A stretch of 64,000 bases of DNA from a virus, in the IMG/VR virus record IMGVR_UViG_3300010430_000025, positions 9,394-73,393 of that record; one strand, written 5' to 3'. Every line of letters begins with the position of its first letter. Positions within the stretch are counted from its first letter, which is position 1. Shown in pieces: positions 57,550 through 64,000 of this stretch. A model generated the notes under the pieces. It worked only from the letters and a program-made list of their open reading frames with translations, did no database searches and had not been told where the DNA came from. The translations under genes were made by a program, and so were the position numbers.

Positions 57550-57819
57550 ATGAATAGAACACAGTTAGAAAAAGAAGCTATAAGGCTATACACAAAAGCT
57601 AACAAAAGCCAAAAATGGTTTAGTGAAGAGATTAACGGGTTTAAAGCTCATATAAAAGCAAAGCCAATACAGGACTTGCGACAGTCAGTTGTTAACATGA
57701 AGTGTTTAGCGGGGGAGAACATAAATTTTAATAAAGAAGTTGACAGATTAGAAAGCGAATTAGAAAAAGCGGGAATGTACGACATAAGAAATATGAAGCC
57801 TCAAAACGCATTAGATTAA
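57550..57819 (+). CDS. hypothetical protein
   Basis: ORF in cassette. Confidence 0.6.
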   Translation: MNRTQLEKEAIRLYTKANKSQKWFSEEINGFKAHIKAKPIQDLRQSVVNMKCLAGENINFNKEVDRLESELEKAGMYDIRNMKPQNALD

Positions 57820-58087
57820 CGAATTTTAAAACCGTGCGTAGCACACAAAAAATAAATAGAATTATGGATGTATTAACTTTTAATCTTGGTGAAGTTCCAA
57901 ACGATTTTATAAATATTGATAGTTGTGGAGTAGGTATATTTAGAGACCTGCAAAAAGCTATAAAAAAGTATAAACAAGCTAAAGCAAAGTACAATGAAGA
58001 TATATATATAATATATCAGAAAAAAGGGTTTAATAGTGCAGGGGGCTTTTACATGGTATGTACACAAAAACAAAACACAAAATAAAT

Positions 58088-58312
58088 ATGGATAACGAAA
58101 AACCAAAAGGCAAACGAGGTGGCAAACAAGAAGGGGCAGGGCGACCTCGTGAAGGCGCAGAACGAGGCAAGCATACTATATATATAGAAAAAGAGTTAAT
58201 GAAGCAATTAAGCAACAATTTACCCCGCAAACGAGATAAGTATATTAACGAAGTATTAAAACGAGAAGCAAAAAAGGACGGGTACTATACCCCTCCAAAT
58301 AAAAATAATTAG
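58088..58312 (+). CDS. DNA-binding protein (RGG.GAGRP plus ribbon-helix-helix-like)
   Basis: RGGKQEGAGRP..HTIYI..YINEVL. Confidence 0.7.
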   Translation: MDNEKPKGKRGGKQEGAGRPREGAERGKHTIYIEKELMKQLSNNLPRKRDKYINEVLKREAKKDGYYTPPNKNN

Positions 58313-58313
58313 A

Positions 58314-58350
58314 AAATTACTTGCATTAATCTAAAATAGTAGTATCTTTG
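58314..58350 (+). promoter_or_regulatory. early promoter, near-copy of 56955-56994
   Basis: AAATTACTTGCA..ATCTAAAATA..GTATCTTTG. Confidence 0.8.
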
Positions 58351-58383
58351 TGTAACAATAACAAACTAAAACACTTTTATATT

Positions 58384-58587
58384 ATGAACTCTTACTTAAC
58401 AACCGTTTACACAGTAGCAATTAGCGAAATAAAAACCCTTAAATTTAGCGATAGCGATTTTATTAAACTTGCTGAATCAAAAGGAAATACATATACCCTA
58501 GAAGAATTCAAAGCAGGCGTACACAACGGTACAATAAACATGGATGGCAAGGTACTAAGAACCACACACCAAAAAATAACAAAATAA
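58384..58587 (+). CDS. hypothetical protein
   Basis: first gene after promoter. Confidence 0.6.
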   Translation: MNSYLTTVYTVAISEIKTLKFSDSDFIKLAESKGNTYTLEEFKAGVHNGTINMDGKVLRTTHQKITK

Positions 58588-58612
58588 AAATTTAAACTAA
58601 ACAACTAATATT

Positions 58613-58870
58613 ATGAATACCGAGAACCAAAAAGAGTTAGAAAAATATGTTGGAATAGGGTTTTGTTGCCCAAAATTTTATAAACCTGCCTCATGGCGTA
58701 AAGCTGTTAAGTGTATGAATAAACTAATAGAACTAGGCTTTGTTATTCCTTACAACTACGGCAGGGGCAAAGGTAAATATAAAACCACCGAGAAAGGCGA
58801 CGCTATTGGAATGTGGAATTTATACAAAGAGTTAGACAACGAAGGGTTTACTCTAAAAAAAACAAACTAA
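58613..58870 (+). CDS. winged-helix-like protein
   Basis: KLIELGFV..YKTTEKG. Confidence 0.6.
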   Translation: MNTENQKELEKYVGIGFCCPKFYKPASWRKAVKCMNKLIELGFVIPYNYGRGKGKYKTTEKGDAIGMWNLYKELDNEGFTLKKTN

Positions 58871-58882
58871 ACAACTTTTATT

Positions 58883-59191
58883 ATGAAATACCCTAAAAAT
58901 CAATTTGAAGTACTGGCATCATTTTTAGAAAAAATAAAAAATGTATATGACTTAGAGACCAGCAATTTGCATTCTCTGCATTTTGAGTGCTACCAACAAA
59001 ATGCAGAAGGGCAGGAGCATAATAGTTTGTGGCTCGTTAATAATAAATTAAAGCGCAAGCACCAACTAAAAGAAGGAGAAAAAGCAACACAGTTTTTCCA
59101 CTCAAAATTTGATTTTAAACTATACCCTGACGGGTGCAATGACAGCCACGTGGAGACAGCAATGAAGCAGGCGATTAAATTAGTTTCTTAA
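58883..59191 (+). CDS. hypothetical protein
   Basis: LY..ND.H.ETA motif. Confidence 0.65.
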   Translation: MKYPKNQFEVLASFLEKIKNVYDLETSNLHSLHFECYQQNAEGQEHNSLWLVNNKLKRKHQLKEGEKATQFFHSKFDFKLYPDGCNDSHVETAMKQAIKLVS

Positions 59192-59217
59192 CAAATAACA
59201 AACTAAACAAAATTATT

Positions 59218-59514
59218 ATGAGTACTAAAACCATCAGAGCCAGTTACATTTTTGAAAAAGGTCAACATTTAACTTTGCAAAAAGCAAGGGATTTGAAAGG
59301 CGAAAAAATATCTTGTACTTCACCTGAATACTCTGCCAATAAATTAGAGGTTAAAACTTTTATAGTTGGTGAAATAAAACCAATAGACGAAAATACTATA
59401 GGGTTATATAATAATGAGGGCAAGTGGCAATATAATTGCTATTTGAACGGGTATAGCGATGTTACATTTGCAGGTTCAGATTCAGACCGTTTTGTAAGTT
59501 TTATTACTTTGTAG
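59218..59514 (+). CDS. hypothetical protein
   Basis: ORF in cassette. Confidence 0.6.
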   Translation: MSTKTIRASYIFEKGQHLTLQKARDLKGEKISCTSPEYSANKLEVKTFIVGEIKPIDENTIGLYNNEGKWQYNCYLNGYSDVTFAGSDSDRFVSFITL

Positions 59515-59574
59515 TTTTTTTATAATGCAAACAGAATACGGCAAGATACTAACTAAAACTAATACTGCATTAAC

Positions 59575-59763
59575 ATGAACAAACAAGAGATATTAAAACA
59601 GCTAAAAGAAAAGTTGAGCATATTAGAGGCTGATAAAAAAGCCTTTATGAAAAGACGCGCAGCGGGAGAACAACTTGACAATGATATGTTTGACGCTTTT
59701 AAGCGTAACGGGGAAATAGAAGCCATAAACTATGCTATTAACTTAATAGAAGAGAGCAACTAA
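59575..59763 (+). CDS. hypothetical protein
   Basis: helical hairpin ORF. Confidence 0.55.
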   Translation: MNKQEILKQLKEKLSILEADKKAFMKRRAAGEQLDNDMFDAFKRNGEIEAINYAINLIEESN

Positions 59764-59974
59764 ACCCATGATAAACTTTACTAAAATAAAAAGAGAAGGG
59801 GAACACCCAGCCACAACCACGCAAAAGTGGCAAACAATACAAACACCCCCGATATACAACCTTAACCCGATTAATTGGCGTAGAATACAAAAACACTTCA
59901 ACGAAGGCATTTACAACAGGACACAAACAAGGCTTAACCCTTCGCCTTATGGTAGCAGGTAAAACCATGCAAAA

Positions 59975-60141
59975 ATGAATATAGGCAAGGTATTAAAAGA
60001 GATTAGAACCAGCAAAGGAAGTAAAGCAAGCCGCACCTATGCAATATAGAAGCTAATAAAAAAATACCATCTTTTAAAACCCTACAAGCTATTTGCACAG
60101 CACTAAACACCACACCAGCAGAAGTATTAAGCAAAGCATAA
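59975..60141 (+). pseudogene. frameshifted, internally deleted XRE HTH gene
   Basis: MNIGKVLKEIRTSKG in one frame, SKPHLCNIEANKKIPSFKTLQAICTALNTTPAEVL in another. Confidence 0.7.
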
Positions 60142-60165
60142 AACTAAAAACCAAATAAATAAATT

Positions 60166-60402
60166 ATGAAAGTAACACTAAAAGAACAACAAAAAGAGTT
60201 TAAACCCGTTGAATTAAATATTGTACTAGAAACACAACAAGAGATAGACATTTTGCACACTATTATATTGAATGTAAGCCTAGTACAGGTAGCGAACGAC
60301 ACAACTAGAGACACTAATTCTAGCGCTTGTTGTGAAGATGTTGATTTTATCATTGAGACACTTTTTGACATAATAGACGGAAAACAAAGCCGCAAGCCTT
60401 AG
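60166..60402 (+). CDS. hypothetical protein
   Basis: F.PV.L.I.LET..E. Confidence 0.6.
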   Translation: MKVTLKEQQKEFKPVELNIVLETQQEIDILHTIILNVSLVQVANDTTRDTNSSACCEDVDFIIETLFDIIDGKQSRKP

Positions 60403-60461
60403 CACACCAGCAACCAATAGAAAGCAAAAAACGCGCGTAGCGCACAAAACATAAACAATGT

Positions 60462-60489
60462 AGCCCAGCCCTAAAAAGTTGGGCTTTTT
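60462..60489 (+). terminator. intrinsic terminator
   Basis: AGCCCAGC..GTTGGGCT-TTTT. Confidence 0.8.
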
Positions 60490-60770
60490 GCATTATAGAT
60501 TAAACCATCCAACAAAGAGTATTAAGACTACATACAGGACAACAACAGCAAACCCTATTAACACCCCACAAACTAAGAAACAATAGCTTAGAACAAGAGA
60601 GAATACCAAAACAAACACAACCTTGCAACAAGGGACAAACACAAGTAAAACACTAGCAAAACAATACTAGCAGCAGGACACACCCCCGCAAAAGTGTGAA
60701 GTATCGCTGAAAATACAGCCTATTAGCGGGATTGAGGGGTTTTAATTTCTTATCTCTCTCCCTCACACAA

Positions 60771-60968
60771 TCACTTTAAACACAATTTAACATCCAAATT
60801 AAGCCTATCAACCATTAAAACAAAGGCTTGCAATGTTATTCCGTCCCTTAGTCCTGTAACTATTTGGCTGTAGTATGCTTGCGTGTAGCCAGCAGCTTGT
60901 GCAATTTCCTTTTGACTAATACCCTGCCTTTTGCGTTCCTGTTCAATAATTAGTATAAGATTGTACAT
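60771..60968 (-). CDS. XRE-family HTH regulator
   Basis: GISQKEIAQAAGYTQAYYSQI; TATATTTG 4 nt upstream. Confidence 0.85.
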   Translation of the reverse strand: MYNLILIIEQERKRQGISQKEIAQAAGYTQAYYSQIVTGLRDGITLQAFVLMVDRLNLDVKLCLK

Positions 60969-60989
60969 TTAGCAAATATAGCTGAAAAA

Positions 60990-61640
60990 GGGGCTAACCC
61001 TAGCAAAATGGAGCATATTTATAACTGGCAGCTATAGACTGTACAGAAAACTGTACACACATTTATAATAGGTTACTTTCCAACGCAGAATCTAACTAAT
61101 CACAACCTTTGTAGTAATAGCAAGGCTTTTAGTCAACGCTTTATTTTCAAGGTACAAATAAGGTACAAATAAGGATTAAAGGGTATTTGTAGGGTAAGAG
61201 TTACCCCACTAAAACCCCACTAAAAATATAGAACCGCTTTTAAACTAATCAAAGGCATTTTAAACAGATTAAACCACGCAAAGTATAAACCACGCTATAA
61301 AACCGTTTTAAGGGGTATAAGGGCAAGTAAGGCAACGGATTAGGGTAGTTTATTAAGGTAACAGGCAAGGCAAACCCGATTAGAAGTTTTATTTGGCGAA
61401 AAAAGTTGAGGCGGGGGGGAGTGTTTTTAAAAATGGGGGCGTTGTGATATATGTAGTGTAGTACTCTCCGTCTCTCTCTGTCCTTTGAGTAAGTTTTTTT
61501 TGGGGGGGTATAAAAAGGGATAAGGGGGGTATATGTTTGAACTATATAAATACTGCAATGGTTGGATAGGGAGTGAATATGGGTAAAATGGCTTTTAGCG
61601 TGGTTTTAAGCAATTATTTAGTTGTTTTGACAGTATGTAT
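60990..61640. other. non-coding repeat-rich skew-switch region (candidate packaging/terminus site or origin)
   Basis: 11-12 bp tandem repeats, switch from A/C-rich to G/T-rich, G runs. Confidence 0.5.
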
Positions 61641-61651
61641 AGGGGAGAAAT

Positions 61652-61676
61652 AAAAAAGCCCTTTTTATGGGGCTTT
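61652..61676 (-). terminator. intrinsic terminator
   Basis: AAAGCCC..GGGC-TTTTTT on minus strand. Confidence 0.7.
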
Positions 61677-61738
61677 ATGGGGGTGTCGGTTAAGCCGACA
61701 TGCTTTTGTTTGGCATTGAGTTATCTACATATTGTAGG

Positions 61739-62056
61739 CTACTGGGTTATGGATATGGGTTTGGTTATATCGGAGCTAGTGGTTTTAACTCCTGTTGTCT
61801 TTATTTTTTCTTTAAAGTCTTTATGGTACTGTCTTATTCTTTTCTTACAGTTTGTATTTGTACAAGGCTGCTCGTTGTTTTGGCAGTCTTCACTTACAAT
61901 AGCGACGTATTTATATTCTGTTTCTCCCACATCTATAAGCTGTATGCAAATGTCTTTATCTGCAAGATTATTAAGTGCTGCGTTGAGATTTTCAAACCAA
62001 TACGATAGCGGATGCCCGTTGGTTTGGGCTTCTACGATTTCTTTAATGTTTATCAT
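61739..62056 (-). CDS. hypothetical protein
   Basis: last gene of minus operon. Confidence 0.55.
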   Translation of the reverse strand: MINIKEIVEAQTNGHPLSYWFENLNAALNNLADKDICIQLIDVGETEYKYVAIVSEDCQNNEQPCTNTNCKKRIRQYHKDFKEKIKTTGVKTTSSDITKPISITQ

Positions 62057-62099
62057 TTTGTTTTTAAGTTATGTATTAGTTGTTGTATTATTCTTTTAA

Positions 62100-62807
62100 T
62101 CATAGTGTTGGATTGTCAATTCTTTTAGTAATTGCTATTTTTGGTATAGTCATTACTCCAGTGATTTGTGCTGTTTGAAGTTCTGTTTCTGGGACTATAG
62201 AGTTTGCTACAGAGATGAGAGCGTCATTTTCTTTTATTAAGAATCCCATTGTTTTAACCGTTAAAACTTCGTGTTTAATCTCTTCTTCAAACTCCCATCG
62301 TGGAGAGCAGCCGCAGCTATCAGTCCACTCTACGTATATTGGTTTGTGTTTTTTATCTAAAGAATCTTTGAGCGTATTATCTATATCAATATAGCTTTTA
62401 CTTGCATTGTTTGTATTATCTCCTGCGGGCTTCATTTCAGAGTATATTGACTCTTCTTTATCTAAAAATAATAATTTTTCTAACGTTTCTCCGTCGGAGA
62501 TAAGCCCTTGAGTTTCTGCAAGGCTAAGTTCATTTTTAGCGTCTTTATTGAAGGCTTCTAGTTGTGTGTCTGTAGCGGATGCTAAAAATCCATTAATAGA
62601 ATCATATCCTTTGCTTAAAGCATATTTCAGCATTGTGTATGAGACGTATGCCGCTTTGTATTCTTTAGTTTTAAAGTCTTGCTCCCACTTTAAAATTACA
62701 TTTTCTTTTTCCTGAGAAGATTTTTTAGAGATTATTATCTGAATATCGTTTTTTAGCAATAGTATTTCCTCAAGTGCTTTTTTGTATTCTTCTTTATATG
62801 ATTTCAT
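62100..62807 (-). CDS. hypothetical protein with conserved C-terminal domain
   Basis: VEW.DS..W..T.GFL..IP..I. Confidence 0.65.
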   Translation of the reverse strand: MKSYKEEYKKALEEILLLKNDIQIIISKKSSQEKENVILKWEQDFKTKEYKAAYVSYTMLKYALSKGYDSINGFLASATDTQLEAFNKDAKNELSLAETQGLISDGETLEKLLFLDKEESIYSEMKPAGDNTNNASKSYIDIDNTLKDSLDKKHKPIYVEWTDSCGCSPRWEFEEEIKHEVLTVKTMGFLIKENDALISVANSIVPETELQTAQITGVMTIPKIAITKRIDNPTL

Positions 62808-62815
62808 TTTTAGTA

Positions 62816-63316
62816 TTATAGTTTAACTGTTAGTTGTTCCTTTTCAAGGTCGTAGTATAAATTTTGCAAATGGTGGAGGTGTTTGACGCCCCAACAAAAA
62901 TTGGTTAATGATTCTCCAAGAGTGATTTTATTGTATGGGTTGTCATTTGTAGGAGCTAAGACTTCTTCATCTTTAGGATAATAAATACCCATAACGCCAC
63001 AACTATTATTATCTAAATCTTCACGAATACAAAACCTATAAATTGTAAATCCCTTTACTTTTTCATATACAGCCCCATAGTTTGCTTTTACATTTATAAA
63101 CCCGCAGCTATCTTTTAACATATCCTCTGTCAGAGGTATAGGCTCAATATCGTCTATTGCTACCCAAATAGATTCTGCTGGGAATATAGATACGAGCCAT
63201 TTATCGCTAAGGTGTTTTTGTTTTTGAGGTGAGGGAGGATTTATGCCTATAATTTGTGTTGGCATTCCTTTGTATAGTACGTGATTGTATATTCTAAGTT
63301 GTTCTACTGGTATCAT
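62816..63316 (-). CDS. conserved Bacteroidota-phage protein
   Basis: LRI.N..IEPIPLTE..GF..LH.LQNLY. Confidence 0.75.
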   Translation of the reverse strand: MIPVEQLRIYNHVLYKGMPTQIIGINPPSPQKQKHLSDKWLVSIFPAESIWVAIDDIEPIPLTEDMLKDSCGFINVKANYGAVYEKVKGFTIYRFCIREDLDNNSCGVMGIYYPKDEEVLAPTNDNPYNKITLGESLTNFCWGVKHLHHLQNLYYDLEKEQLTVKL

Positions 63317-63536
63317 TTGTGTTTATTTTTCTATGGTTGCGTGCGCTTATAATTAGCTTTGCTTCTGTTATTGCTGTTTTTATTGCGGTAATAACTTCTG
63401 GGTCATTATGTGCTGCTTGGTAATTGTATGCGCTTCTAATAAAAAAATCATATATTTCTTTATTGGGTTTTTTGTTTAATAAAGCTAAAAGGGTCGTGTG
63501 GTATTGGTGATTATCGGAAGCCTTATATTGTGTCAT
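63294..63536 (-). CDS. hypothetical protein
   Basis: coupled ORF. Confidence 0.55.
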   Translation of the reverse strand: MTQYKASDNHQYHTTLLALLNKKPNKEIYDFFIRSAYNYQAAHNDPEVITAIKTAITEAKLIISARNHRKINTNDTSRTT

Positions 63537-64000
63537 TACTTAAATACTTGTTTTAATATGTCTACTGGGTAGACGTTTACTTTGCCAAATCTTGGGTCGT
63601 GCGTTTCTTCGACTACTATATTTTCTTTTTTACAAATTATACTGGCTCTTTTACCTAATGTAGCCGCCATAGTTATTGGGCATTTTATGTTATTTAAAGA
63701 AGCATATCCTGCTATAGTATAATACTCAGGGCGCGTAACAGATTTAGCTTCTACTTTATCTATGCGTGTTTCAATAAGTGTTTGCCTTGATAGTATTTCT
63801 TTATTTTGTTTTTCAATATCTACAAGCATTTGGGCTTGTTGTAGGATAAGCTCTGCTGGGGATAAAGATTTAGTAAGCCTTTTTTCACAATCAATAAAGT
63901 ATTGGCGGGCTTGCTTGCCTTTGGCGTTACCTTCTACCATAGCCAGTTCTTTAGCAGCATCTATTGTCAGTACATAATCGATTGAAGGCCTGCCGCCTAA
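63536..64000 (-). CDS. AntA/AntB-type antirepressor (5' end outside window)
   Basis: GRPSIDY.LTIDAAKELAMVE...GKQARQYFI.CE; C-terminal D.RFG.VNVYP. Confidence 0.85.
   Translation of the reverse strand, partial: LGGRPSIDYVLTIDAAKELAMVEGNAKGKQARQYFIDCEKRLTKSLSPAELILQQAQMLVDIEKQNKEILSRQTLIETRIDKVEAKSVTRPEYYTIAGYASLNNIKCPITMAATLGKRASIICKKENIVVEETHDPRFGKVNVYPVDILKQVFK

Noticed and set aside
61030-61310. CRISPR or mini-array
   Set aside because: Repeats are short, of different sequences, only two copies each, with no regular spacers.
61635-62099. Plus-strand ORFs 61635-62099 and 61700-62008
   Set aside because: Shadows of the minus-strand gene 61739-62056 and its terminator.
1-64000. Stop-codon reassignment as in some Crassvirales
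   Set aside because: Long genes are intact in the standard code, TAG and TGA end genes, and no suppressor anticodon (CTA, TCA, TTA) is present; anticodons TAG, TAA and TGA are ordinary Leu/Ser.

Overview
64 kb of an AT-rich lytic dsDNA phage genome of a Bacteroidota host, judged from pervasive TAnnTTTG sigma-A promoters, AT-rich translation starts without Shine-Dalgarno sequences, and tRNAs without encoded CCA. 1-28.7 kb (+) holds a holin and amidase, then a crAss-like podovirus virion module: portal, scaffold, major capsid, terminase, tail ring and muzzle, ejected cargo proteins, and a 2569-aa polyvalent protein in the position where a virion RNA polymerase would be expected. 28.9-35.5 kb (-) holds small accessory genes, a DNA methyltransferase, a structured non-coding region and a five-tRNA operon. 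35.6-52.9 kb (+) holds middle genes including replication initiator, primase-helicase, SSB-like protein, nucleases, a unimolecular spanin and an aberrant Ala-like tRNA. 53-60.4 kb holds divergent early-type cassettes, 60.4-61.7 kb a skewed repeat-rich non-coding segment, and 61.7-64 kb (-) genes ending in an antirepressor. Main discovery: the tRNA operon (Leu-TAG, Leu-TAA, Ser-GCT, Ser-TGA, Tyr-GTA) lies directly behind a terminator that is preceded by a 22-codon leader ORF, MKITTLYSLYLSLSLRHAKGLY. Its ten consecutive Leu/Tyr/Ser codons match the tRNAs of the operon, with a complete 1:2 / 2:3 / 3:4 attenuator architecture. This looks like a ribosome-stalling sensor that switches on replacement tRNAs when the host's matching tRNAs are depleted. 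Family assignments are from motif recognition by eye, not database searches.
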